NCBI GenBank assembly: GCA_965221905.1
Contig: OZ244922.1
Location: forward strand, 512,001-576,000
Reading direction: 5' to 3'
Source of the DNA: Chloroflexota bacterium
GTDB lineage: Bacteria; Chloroflexota; UBA11872; VXOZ01
Length of the DNA: 64,000 nt
Part shown: positions 41,101 to 50,562 of the stretch, piece by piece
How the letters are laid out: every line of letters begins with the position of its first letter
Position numbering within the stretch: the stretch's first letter is position 1
Position numbers and translations under genes: made by a program
Notes under the pieces: model-generated
The model's input: only the letters and a program-made list of their open reading frames with translations
The model's database searches: none
What the model was told of the DNA's origin: nothing

Positions 41101-41768
41101 GTGAAATCTCGCCCCGTGCCGGGGCGCGGAATCCATCCGCCTTCCGACACGGCCCAAGCCCTAGCCGCTTCCGCCGCTCGCGGCCGGCAACTAGCCCACC
41201 TGCTCGACTCCGATACCCCGTGCCCGGCGTCACCACCGGCCCGTTGCGGACTGAGATCGCCGCCATCGCCGTCCCCGCCACCAGCGACGACCGCAACATG
41301 AGCGGCAACGACTTTGCCCTCACGGCCGGCTGGGGGCACTTTGGCGCCGGTGAAGCAGTGATGCCCGGCCAGGGAAAGGTGATCGAGCGCGCCTACACCA
41401 CTGCCGAACGCGAAGCCCTCCCTTCCCGTCATTCCGGCGCAAGCCGGAATCCAGAACTCCCCAGCCAGCCCAGACCACTCGGACAGGGAGAGACCGCTAA
41501 CCGCGCCCCGGAATCCATCTCAGCCGCGTCCATCCTCGGCGAAACCACCTTCGACATCTACCTCAACAACCGTGCCTACTGGCGCAACGTCCCCGCCAAC
41601 GTATGGCACTACAAACTCGGCGGCTACCAAGTCCTCAAGAAATGGCTCTCCTACCGCGAACACACCATCCTCAAACGCCCCCTCAAGCCCGAAGAGGTGC
41701 AGCACTTCACCGACACCGCCAGACGCATAGGGGCGATACTGCTGCTGACGACTGAGCCCGATCACTAA
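38113..41768 (+). pseudogene. Single-chain type IIG/ISP-like restriction-modification enzyme, frameshifted at ~41216-41220
   Basis: PD...EVK nuclease motif, LDPCCGTGAF (motif I), GNPPY (motif IV); C-terminal domain (VWHYKLGGYQVLKKWLSYR) continues in another frame at 41220-41768. Confidence 0.82.
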
Positions 41769-41804
41769 GAGACTGGATCGATTCTGACCCTGAAAGTTCA
41801 GACT

Positions 41805-43283
41805 CTACTCTCGCCGCCATGATCCCGAAGGGCTTTGCTCAGGGACACTATGGGGGTGATGGAGTCTGCCTTCGGCAGCATCGGCAAACCGGCCAATCCA
41901 CCGCTCAATAAATCCTTCCTCATCTCCTTGATCGACGGGCGTAAACGGCCAAGCAACCTGGAAATCAGTGATGACATTCGAAAGTGCGCGGTAGGCCTCT
42001 TGCCCCGGCTCTAGGGTGAATGGATTGACGTATGGACGTCTGGACATAGACGGGTTGAACATAAAGGCTGTTTCGAACCATCGAAAAACGCCTCTATCTC
42101 GAGCGTCACAATACCACAAGGAATGAGATCTGCCCTCGTACTCGTACATATCACGCGGAATGCGAAGGGTGATGCTTGCAAAAGCAACCACTTCGAATGG
42201 CGGCAAATAATGGGCCCCTTCGGCCGGCAGTTCTGCGCTCTTAGCAAGGTCCATTCTAAAATCAGCTCCGTTGAGGGCACATGACCACACTAGCGGCCCG
42301 AATCTTGGACTGCTCATTGGTGCATTCGCCACCACCTGCTCGTGAAGCAATTTCACTACATGCTCCAACGATGTGTCTGCCGCTTGGCGCAGCTCCTCCC
42401 GGCGTTCCCCTTCAGAACGGGCGACAGACACTATCCGATCTGCTTCAGCTTGTTGCTCTACCACTCTTTGATTGGCCTGCTGTAGTCGAGACGCAGCCTT
42501 TGAGGCAATCTCTAAGCTGCCATTTAATCGAGCAAGCATATTCTTAGGCTTTGGGCGCGCCCCGGGCGCCTTGAGGAGGCACTCAGCGATGAGGGATTGT
42601 AACCTAGGCGGAATGTCCGGTATGGTTCCCGGTTCTTCCTCAATGTGCTGGTGCCGATAGTCGGGACCTGAAAAGGGCAATCCTCCTGCAAGCAACTCAA
42701 AGGCGAGTACGCCTGTAGCATATACATCAGTCGCGCTGGTGGCACGCTGCCACATCCATTGCTCGGGAGCCGCGTATGGAGGGGTCATCGCATACTTGCG
42801 AGTATCCTGGGCAGTCGTGGCCTCAGCGTATCGGGAAATTCCAAAGTCAGCGAGACACCAGTGTCCGTTTAGCAGAAGGATGTTTGACGGCTTAATGTCC
42901 CGGTGAACTATGCGACCTTCAATCGACACCAAAGCATTTGCGACATCAATGAGCACCTCTACGGCTTTGTGTACAGGAAGTGGAACATCCTCACCGTCAA
43001 GATAGTCTCTTAGTGACTTCTCCGCCTTGGGCATCACCAGAACCCAATAGTTGTCCCATTCTCCACTATCTAGCACCGGTACAACGTTAGGCACTCCGCT
43101 CAAGTCTTCAAAGAGAAGCTCTCGCTCAGCACCAGAGTCCTTCGGGATGAACTTGACAACAGCCGGTGCTCCATCCCCTGACCACGCCAGGTAGACGCTT
43201 CCAAAGCCGCCCCTATCTAACTGATCGCCGATGCGCCAATCTTTGTTGAGCCTTATGACTTCAGGCATCTGCTTGTCGCTCAA
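41805..43283 (-). CDS. Hanks-type Ser/Thr protein kinase with unknown C-terminal domain
   Basis: GGFGSVY, VVK, HRDIKPSN, DFG, YAAPE, DVYATG. Confidence 0.92.
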   Translation of the reverse strand: MSDKQMPEVIRLNKDWRIGDQLDRGGFGSVYLAWSGDGAPAVVKFIPKDSGAERELLFEDLSGVPNVVPVLDSGEWDNYWVLVMPKAEKSLRDYLDGEDVPLPVHKAVEVLIDVANALVSIEGRIVHRDIKPSNILLLNGHWCLADFGISRYAEATTAQDTRKYAMTPPYAAPEQWMWQRATSATDVYATGVLAFELLAGGLPFSGPDYRHQHIEEEPGTIPDIPPRLQSLIAECLLKAPGARPKPKNMLARLNGSLEIASKAASRLQQANQRVVEQQAEADRIVSVARSEGERREELRQAADTSLEHVVKLLHEQVVANAPMSSPRFGPLVWSCALNGADFRMDLAKSAELPAEGAHYLPPFEVVAFASITLRIPRDMYEYEGRSHSLWYCDARDRGVFRWFETAFMFNPSMSRRPYVNPFTLEPGQEAYRALSNVITDFQVAWPFTPVDQGDEEGFIERWIGRFADAAEGRLHHPHSVPEQSPSGSWRRE

Positions 43284-43674
43284 GATTCCTTCCTTTCATA
43301 TCATCTTGCCCGGCTCAGGAGGCCGGGCCGCTGAAGTACGGTGAAAATTACAGTCCCTGGACTCCATTAGGTGCAATCGTGTCTCAGATCACCTCGCAAC
43401 AAGGCAAAATGCTGCCACACGACTCTGAGGGAGCCTCACTAACTATTTTAACCTGAATCAGCACTTGCTCCCAAAACTTGGCGATTGTCTATTGACAGCA
43501 ACTAGCATGGGTTTCCGCTGGCGCGCTGCCGCCAGCGATACGAGACTCACGTGGTTCTAACACATGCTCGCGTATGCAGAGCGCTATAGTGCGTTCATGC
43601 TATATTAAGCTTGTGCAGGAAACAGCGAGCGCAATAATAGCATACGTGTTAGCAGCATCCACGTCGAGGGTTTG

Positions 43675-43989
43675 ATGGAAACCTACGAGTTTGTGGGCAT
43701 AATCGTGACCGTGATCATTTCCGTGCTTGGTCTGGTATGGCGCTTTGAAACCCGTATGTCAGGCGTTGAAAACCGGCTTGAGAACCGTATCTCGGATGTC
43801 GAAAACCGATTGGGTGAGCGCTTGTCGGACGTTGAGAATCGGTTGGGCGAGCGGTTGTCGGATGTCGAGAGCCGGTTGGGCGAGCGCTTGTCGGATGTCG
43901 AGAGCCGGTTGGGCGAGCGCATATCCCACACAGAGGGCTTGCTTGAGGGCTACTTCTTGCAGGCAAGCAGCACAAAGGAACCCCGCTAA
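43675..43989 (+). CDS. Small membrane-anchored coiled-coil protein with 11-aa repeats
   Basis: N-terminal TM helix; SDVE(N/S)RLGERL repeats encoded by 33-bp tandem units. Confidence 0.7.
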   Translation: METYEFVGIIVTVIISVLGLVWRFETRMSGVENRLENRISDVENRLGERLSDVENRLGERLSDVESRLGERLSDVESRLGERISHTEGLLEGYFLQASSTKEPR

Positions 43990-44135
43990 GACGGGTGCCG
44001 GAAGACGTCGGCCCTAAGCTGGAAAACGTCGGCCCGAAAACACACTTTCCCTTTGGCGATTGCCAGCATTTCACTGACACTGCCCAGCGGTGTTGAATCA
44101 TTCCGCAGCGGTCAGGATGCGATCCTTGAGCGACG

Positions 44136-44303
44136 TTACTTTTTCTTCGGAGGAGGGGGTGGAGGCGGGGGAGGCTTTACTGCGGTTTGGGGTTTGGCGG
44201 CATTAACTGCGTCAGTTAGCATGGTTCCAGAATTCGCAGACTTACGGGACTCTCCTTTGGGTATTCCACGTCTACTTGGCGCCAGATTCGGTTCTTTAGC
44301 CAT
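44136..44303 (-). CDS. 55-aa basic, polyproline-tailed hypothetical protein
   Basis: MAKEPNLAP...AVKPPPPPPPPPKKK; GGAG upstream. Confidence 0.45.
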   Translation of the reverse strand: MAKEPNLAPSRRGIPKGESRKSANSGTMLTDAVNAAKPQTAVKPPPPPPPPPKKK

Positions 44304-44489
44304 GATCTACTCCGTAGCGATCTCAGAATGTCCCATTTCTAGAAACTCTACCATTTCCACTTCTTCACCAGGCACAATGATGACGGAAACTCCCGTTAAG
44401 GGTAGGCGCTTCCCTTCATTCAATCATTCCGCTTCAGCGCTTTGTAGTTCAGCGTTACTAGCCCTCGACGCCCCGACTAGGGGAAATAG

Positions 44490-45617
44490 TTACTCCAAGT
44501 ATACGGCGTAGACGCGGCTGATTACGTGGCAGCCTTCTTGGATGACGACGATGTTGTTGTGGAGCCAGGCGTGGGGCTCGATGAAGTTGGAGAGTTGGCG
44601 GATCGTTGCGGTTTTCAGGTTGTAGGCGAAGGCGCCGGTGCGGACGCGGCCCCTTTCGGGGCCGAACACGTCGCAGGCCTGTCTGACGGTCCAAACCACA
44701 TAGTCATCAGAAACCACTGGCATGGCTTCGTTGCGCCCCGCTTCTGCGAGCGCGCGCTGTTGTCCGGTGCCGCGGTCCAACAGGTGTATGCGCGACTTGC
44801 CTTCTTCGTAGAACTCCTGCCATACAATGTATTGGCCGTGGATGGTCGGGGCCGCGTTGTAATACCCCGAGGCGAAAAGCAGTGTCTCTGCCCCGGTGGT
44901 GATGTCGTAGGCATAGATGTCGAAGGGATTGTCGGCGCAGTTGGAGCAGCCCGACTTGCCGGTTCCCCGCACCGGGCTATTGCGGTTGTCTGCCCAGACA
45001 ACCGTATCGCCCTGGATCGCCGGCCTTTGGTGGCCGTCCGTCGCCATGGCAATTGGAAGTTCCTTGCCGCTCGCTATATCGAAGGCATAAATGTCATACT
45101 CCCATTGGCCGTCTCCGCCTTCCTTGCGGCCACTCTGCCACACCAGGCGCGAACCTGAGATTCGCAAACCGGACCGACTTGCCGGTGCGTCGGTGATGCG
45201 GCGCTGCTCTCCCGTACGCCGGTCAAACAGGAAGACATCGTCGGCGTAAAGGGGCGTCCTACTGGTGCTGTCGGGGAGTGCGAGCTGCCGTCGTTGGTCC
45301 AGCCAAGCCACGAAATCGGCAGCGACCACGGCATTCCACTTATGGTGTCCATCAGAGGTGAGTTGGCGTTTTTCTCCGGTTGCGACGGTCACCAGATAGA
45401 TCTCGCCATCCTCGCCAGTGCCAACGGCTTCGCCATTGGAAATGTCCGAGATCAGGACATCCGTGCCCAACTCCACCACGCGCAGATCGGTTATGGGCAG
45501 CGGCGTCAGATTCGGCGGCGCACTTGGCGAAAGACCGCCGCAGGCCAGGCTGAAGACTGTCACCAGGGTCGCGAAAAGGAAGAATGCCGCTCTTGTCCCT
45601 CGACCGGATGGTTTCAT
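44490..45617 (-). CDS. Beta-propeller repeat lipoprotein
   Basis: Lipobox FSLAC; repeated DIYAYD..TG.E...P.I.G..VVW.D units. Confidence 0.75.
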   Translation of the reverse strand: MKPSGRGTRAAFFLFATLVTVFSLACGGLSPSAPPNLTPLPITDLRVVELGTDVLISDISNGEAVGTGEDGEIYLVTVATGEKRQLTSDGHHKWNAVVAADFVAWLDQRRQLALPDSTSRTPLYADDVFLFDRRTGEQRRITDAPASRSGLRISGSRLVWQSGRKEGGDGQWEYDIYAFDIASGKELPIAMATDGHQRPAIQGDTVVWADNRNSPVRGTGKSGCSNCADNPFDIYAYDITTGAETLLFASGYYNAAPTIHGQYIVWQEFYEEGKSRIHLLDRGTGQQRALAEAGRNEAMPVVSDDYVVWTVRQACDVFGPERGRVRTGAFAYNLKTATIRQLSNFIEPHAWLHNNIVVIQEGCHVISRVYAVYLE

Positions 45618-45790
45618 GCAACTGCCCTCCACCGCGGAGAATCCGGGTAAGTTTGCTATCGTCGTCCGTACGGCCTGCATTACGTCCATTGTGGACAACA
45701 ATCCATTGCTTTGCAGCGTTACAATACACGCGCTACTCGGAAGGCCTGGCATATCGCAAGATCAGGCCCGCGTTCTCCCTACCTATATAA

Positions 45791-45820
45791 ACGCAAAAGC
45801 ACGCTGGGGTGCAGCGTGTT
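45791..45820 (-). terminator. Intrinsic terminator after the tRNA pair
   Basis: CACGCTG-CACCC-CAGCGTG hairpin followed by CTTTT on the minus strand. Confidence 0.55.
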
Positions 45821-45842
45821 GGTCATATGCTTTTGCGTTGTG

Positions 45843-45917
45843 TGGTGGCGGGGGTGAGACTCGAACTCACAACCTAGGGCTTATGAGTCCCCCGCTCTGC
45901 CTTTGAGCTACCCCGCC
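45843..45917 (-). tRNA. tRNA-Met(CAT), elongator type, CCA encoded
   Basis: GGCGGGGTAGCTCA...CTCATAA...GTTCGAGTC...CCCCGCCACCA cloverleaf. Confidence 0.93.
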
Positions 45918-45978
45918 GATCATGTATGCGCCATTTCAGTCTGCCTGTGGGGACACGCACAGGTAAAGCGCAAACAAG

Positions 45979-46051
45979 TGGGCCCACCTGGGATCGAACC
46001 AGGGACCTTCTCCTTATGAGGGAGCAGCTCTAACCGCTGAGCTATGGGCCC
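45979..46051 (-). tRNA. tRNA with CAT anticodon, probably tRNA-Ile2 (lysidine); CCA not encoded
   Basis: GGGCCCATAGCTCAG...CTCATAA...GGTTCGATCC...GGGCCCA; acceptor stem typical of Ile2. Confidence 0.88.
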
Positions 46052-46089
46052 TAGCCACGCCGCTGTACGCAAACGCGTGACTCACTTGC

Positions 46090-46119
46090 ATTATACGGAG
46101 CCGTTCCCACGAGCGTCAA
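46090..46119 (-). promoter_or_regulatory. sigma70 promoter of the tRNA pair
   Basis: TTGACG-18-TATAAT. Confidence 0.7.
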
Positions 46120-46230
46120 TTGCTGCGTATGGCGGGCAGGCTAGTCGCGCCTAGCTTCTAAACGTGGAACAATTGTGGCAGCGCGAGCGTGGTACCATGC
46201 TGCCGAGGACGCCGGCAAGCTGCTGAGAGC

Positions 46231-46280
46231 ACTGGCATGTTGCCGAAGTCGCTGGCATGTTGCCGAAGTCGCCGGCATGG
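46231..46280. repeat. 20-bp tandem repeat (2.5 copies)
   Basis: CTGGCATGTTGCCGAAGTCG repeated. Confidence 0.8.
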
Positions 46281-46360
46281 GCGCCTTCGCTGCTTAGCCG
46301 AATTGCCTGCCTTACTATTCACATCAGACCGCTAGCACCACGTTAAGGGGAGACTTCTCA

Positions 46361-47314
46361 ATGGCTCGGTTTCTGACGGAAGAGAACGTGCGACAGCTCC
46401 TTCCCATGGAGGAGGCGCTGGAGCAGGTGGAGGCCTGTCTTCATGCCTTGGGCACAGGGCAAGCGCGCAATCAACCGCGCCGCCGCATCCGCATGCCCGG
46501 CGGCATGATGCACGTGTTGTCCGCCGGTGACGCGGCGCTTGGCGTCTTCGGGCACAAGGTGTACACCACCACCCGACGCGGCGCGCGTTTCCTGGTCACG
46601 CTTTACAGCACGGAAGACGGCAGACCGCTCGCCGTGCTCGAAGCCGGGCTGCTCGGCGCAATTCGCACTGGTGCCGCGAGCGGTATTGCCACTAAGTACT
46701 TGGCCAACGCCGATGCGGCGGTGCTGGGCGTGCTTGGCACGGGCCGCCAGTCGCCGACGCAGATCCAGGCCGTGTGTGCCGTGCGGCCGATTACGCAGGT
46801 GCTCGTGTACAGCCGGAACGCGGAGCGGCGCGAGGCGTTTGCGCAAGAGATGACGGAATCCCTGGGTATTCCGGTTAGGGCGGTGGGCAGCGCACAAGAG
46901 GCGGTCCAGGCTGCAGAAGTAGTGTCCGCGATCACGAATAGCAAGCAGCCGGTGCTGGCCGGGGCATGGCTCAAGCCCGGTGTCCACGTGAACGCCGCCG
47001 GCAACAACATGCTGGTGGAGCAAGAGGTGGATACCGACGTCTTCCGGCGCGCCTGGCTCATCGCCACGGATTCCCTGGAAGGCGCAAAGCTCGAGTGCGG
47101 CGACCTGCTGGCCGCGGTGGAACCGGGCATCGTGCAATGGGAGGACGTGATCGAGATCGGCCGGGTGGTAGCGGGTCGGTATCCCATCGCCCGCCCGCCC
47201 GAGGCGATTACGGTCTACGAATCACAGGGCATTGCCGCTGAAGACCTCTACGCTGCCGTGCACGTGCTCCGCAAAGCCGAGGCACAGGGGATTGGAGAAG
47301 AGTTGCCGTTCTAG
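46361..47314 (+). CDS. Ornithine cyclodeaminase/mu-crystallin family protein
   Basis: RTGAASG, GTGRQS, PGVHVNAAG, S.G.A.ED. Confidence 0.9.
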   Translation: MARFLTEENVRQLLPMEEALEQVEACLHALGTGQARNQPRRRIRMPGGMMHVLSAGDAALGVFGHKVYTTTRRGARFLVTLYSTEDGRPLAVLEAGLLGAIRTGAASGIATKYLANADAAVLGVLGTGRQSPTQIQAVCAVRPITQVLVYSRNAERREAFAQEMTESLGIPVRAVGSAQEAVQAAEVVSAITNSKQPVLAGAWLKPGVHVNAAGNNMLVEQEVDTDVFRRAWLIATDSLEGAKLECGDLLAAVEPGIVQWEDVIEIGRVVAGRYPIARPPEAITVYESQGIAAEDLYAAVHVLRKAEAQGIGEELPF

Positions 47315-47454
47315 CGCGGCTAAGCATGGGCGATGATGGCTTGATGCCAAGCTGGAGTGTGGCCGCTTCGTGCGCTCCAGCTAGGGCTAACCAAAGTTTG
47401 CGCTAGCCGCAGAGTGTTGACATAAAGCGCGGCTCACCTTCCGCGCACACTTCG

Positions 47455-48006
47455 TCACAGGCCCAGTTCTTCGGAGATGCCCTGGAGCGCCGTTAAGTTT
47501 ATGGCGGCGAATTCCGGCAGCGTGAAGCCGATGCCGCTGCAGGTCTCGATCTCCTCGCGCTTGGCGGTGGCGGCGAACGCTTTTTCCTTGTACTTGCGCA
47601 TGACGAATTTCGGCGTTACCGAAGCGAGCTTCTTGTCAGGCCGCACGAGCGCGCAGGCGATGATCAAGCCGGAGAGGTTGTCGCAGGCGTAGAGCGCTTT
47701 GTCCATCAGGCTCTCGCGGGGCACCCCGTGCTCGTCGCTGTGGGCACGAACGGCGTGGATCACACGGGGATCGCAATTGCGTTCTTCCAGTAGCTTCGCC
47801 ATCAGTAGCGTATGCTGGGCCGGGTCCTTTTCGGTGGCTTCGTAATCGGCGTCGTGCATTAATCCCGCCAGGCCCCATAGGTCTTCGTCCTCGCCAAAGT
47901 GCCGCGCCAACTCCCGCATACACGCTTCCACCGCGAGACAGTGCTTCACGAGGTTCTTGCTTTTCAGCAACTCATTGACGAGTTCCATGCCTTCATCTCG
48001 GGTCAT
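47455..48006 (-). CDS. HD-domain (HDIG-type) protein
   Basis: KHCLAVEA, GLMHDADY, D.LSGLI.A.ALVRP. Confidence 0.88.
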   Translation of the reverse strand: MTRDEGMELVNELLKSKNLVKHCLAVEACMRELARHFGEDEDLWGLAGLMHDADYEATEKDPAQHTLLMAKLLEERNCDPRVIHAVRAHSDEHGVPRESLMDKALYACDNLSGLIIACALVRPDKKLASVTPKFVMRKYKEKAFAATAKREEIETCSGIGFTLPEFAAINLTALQGISEELGL

Positions 48007-48214
48007 CGCACTCTTTCTCCTCGTTGCGTTGCGTTCGTAGCTTTTGTGCCGTTCAGGTTAGGCGTTGTCAGGCGTAGACGCCAGTGATTTACGTATAGTC
48101 AAACGAGAGTCCGGTTTGCATTCGTGCGTTGCCATTAGCACTGCGCCACTATGTATAGTACCGTATACGGAGACGACCAGACCGAGAAAACTTCCTAACT
48201 GCGGAGGTGCGCCG

Positions 48215-49246
48215 GTGTCTTCAAAAGTGCGTTTTGGTATCGCGGGTATGGACCATTGGTACGCCGGATTTGGGGCGTTGCGGGGCATTGCCGAGCATGA
48301 GAGTGCGGTGGTTACGGCGGCGGCGCACCGCAAGACGGCGTATCTGGAAGCAGCAGCCGAGGAATTCGGGATCCCGTATACGACCGACGACTACCACGAG
48401 ATTGTACGCCGCGACGACGTAGACGTGGTCGTGGCGGCGTGCACCACGGTTGAAGCTCCCGCGCTCTGCCAAGAGGCGGCGCGCCTCGGCAAGCACGTCA
48501 TCTGCGTGAAGCCCATGGCGCTCACTTTGGACGATGCCGATGCGGTGGTGGCGGCGGTGAATCACGCAGGAGTGGGCTTCTTCCCGCTGGAGGCAATTCA
48601 AGCGAGCGGCGGCGCGGCGCGGCAGTACGGCCAATGGTTGCAAGAGGGACGCATCGGCGATCCCATCAGCGCCACCGTGATCCGGCGCGGTGGGTCGCCC
48701 ACGCAGGAGTGGCCCGGCGTGCACGTGGCGCGCACCTGGTGGCTGGATGCGACGAAAGCCCCGGGCGGCGGCTGGATCGACCACTCCATCTACGACGTCC
48801 ACATGCTGCGTAGGCTGCTGCAGGCAGAAGTCGTGCGCGTGACCGGCGCAACCGCGAACCTGATCCACAAGGATATACCGCTGGAAGATTTCGGCGTGGC
48901 GACGCTCACGTTTGATAACGGCGTGGTGGCAACGTTGGAAGTCACCTGGTCAAGCGGTCCGCAGTCGGGCATGCACGCGTTTCAGCTTGTGGGTACCGAA
49001 GGGCAGATCGCTACCGACGGCATCTCCGGCAAGCTGGCGGTGCGGGGCAACTTTGCGCCCTGGCAGGGCTGGGTGCTCTCCGATAATGTGCAGAGTCAGA
49101 GCGATAGCAGCATTGGTCTTATGGTGGACTACGTGCAACACGGCACGCCGCTGCCCGCCACAGTCGAGGACGGGCGGCAAAACCTGGCAGTGTGCCTCGC
49201 CTTTTACGAGGGCGCTCGCCATGACCGCGTCGTGTTGCTGCCGTAG
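48215..49246 (+). CDS. Gfo/Idh/MocA family oxidoreductase
   Basis: KHVICVKP, GGGWIDHSIY; GGAGG RBS before GTG. Confidence 0.85.
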   Translation: MSSKVRFGIAGMDHWYAGFGALRGIAEHESAVVTAAAHRKTAYLEAAAEEFGIPYTTDDYHEIVRRDDVDVVVAACTTVEAPALCQEAARLGKHVICVKPMALTLDDADAVVAAVNHAGVGFFPLEAIQASGGAARQYGQWLQEGRIGDPISATVIRRGGSPTQEWPGVHVARTWWLDATKAPGGGWIDHSIYDVHMLRRLLQAEVVRVTGATANLIHKDIPLEDFGVATLTFDNGVVATLEVTWSSGPQSGMHAFQLVGTEGQIATDGISGKLAVRGNFAPWQGWVLSDNVQSQSDSSIGLMVDYVQHGTPLPATVEDGRQNLAVCLAFYEGARHDRVVLLP

Positions 49247-49636
49247 TGTGCGAAAGCTACTTCAATGGTGTCGCATTGAAGTCAGAGGAGGAAGCTTGGC
49301 AGCGCCCACGCGCTACGCGAAGGCGTATTTCCTCTCCTCCAGAGGCGCGAATCGCTCCCTCTCCTTGGGCAGAGGGCTGGGGCGAGGGGGAATTGCAGCG
49401 TCGCGGCAATGAATAGAGACATTCAACCACTAGGATTGTGTTCAAGCAGAAGGGCGCAGACGCAGGTTGCAAACCTGCGCTACCGGGCAGGCTACCGAGA
49501 ATACCATGTTCTTCATCCCGGCGGCTAATACGGCGACAGTAAGCGGCCTCTCCCACTGCCCCGATTCCGTTGCGTCGTCATACGTCCGGCCAAGTCCGAG
49601 ACGCGCCAAGCCGTTAGTCTCACACACGGTACACCC

Positions 49637-50395
49637 ATGAGCACGGTTATCGCGATTGCGAACCAAAAGGGCGGCGTCGGCAAGACCACTACCGCGGTCA
49701 ATCTGGGTGCGTACCTCGCGCTTTACAAGCACGCCGTGCTCTTGGTGGACTTGGACCCGCAGGCAAACACGACCGGCGGCTTGGGCATCCCAAAGCGCGA
49801 TCCCAGCATTTACCACGTGCTGCGCGGTATGGCGCAGGCGCAAGACCTCACCGTAACTGTCGAAAACGCGCCCAATCTCTGGACTCTGCCCTCCAGCCCC
49901 GCGTTGGCGGGCCTGGAAACGGAGGCGGTGGAACTGCCGGAGCGCGAGTATCTCTTGCGCGCCGTGCTCGCGCCGTTGCGCAGCACGTATGCGTATGTGC
50001 TGATAGACTGCCCCCCGTCACTCGGCATGCTCACGGTGAACGGCCTCTGCGCTGCCGATGAGGTGATCATTCCGGTACAGTGTGAGTATCTGGCGCTGGA
50101 GGGGCTGGCGCAATTGCTGGATACGGTCAGGCGAGTGCGCAGCGGCCTGCACCCGACCCTGGGCCGCGTGCAGATACTGTTAACGATGTACGATACACGC
50201 ACGCGATTGGCGCAGCAGGTGCGCGACGAGGTCCGCTCGCACTTTCCGGGTCAGGTGTTCGAGACGGTGATCACGCGCAACGTGCGTTTGGCGGAAGCGC
50301 CAAGCCATGGACGCACGATACTGGCGTACGATCCCTTCTCGAAAGGGGCCGAAGGATATCGTCACCTGGCAGAGGAAGTATTGGCCGGTAATTGA
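49637..50395 (+). CDS. parA: Chromosome partitioning ATPase ParA/Soj
   Basis: NQKGGVGKTT, DLDPQAN, DCPPSLG, PVQCEY, RLAEAPSHG. Confidence 0.95.
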   Translation: MSTVIAIANQKGGVGKTTTAVNLGAYLALYKHAVLLVDLDPQANTTGGLGIPKRDPSIYHVLRGMAQAQDLTVTVENAPNLWTLPSSPALAGLETEAVELPEREYLLRAVLAPLRSTYAYVLIDCPPSLGMLTVNGLCAADEVIIPVQCEYLALEGLAQLLDTVRRVRSGLHPTLGRVQILLTMYDTRTRLAQQVRDEVRSHFPGQVFETVITRNVRLAEAPSHGRTILAYDPFSKGAEGYRHLAEEVLAGN

Positions 50396-50562
50396 AATCT
50401 CACGTCATTCCGAGCGCCAGCGAGGAATCTAGAGTCGCAATAGGAGTGTTCTCCCCTGCTTGGCAAGACAACAACTCATACAATGAAGATGGATTCCGGC
50501 CCCGTATCGTGGTACGGGGCGGGCTTTTCGCCGGAATGACGGTTGAGAGGAGATAGGCAAGA

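Noticed and set aside
46156-46171. parS site near parAB
   Set aside because: Only a half-site (CGTGGAACA) matches; no full palindrome or DnaA-box cluster was seen in the window
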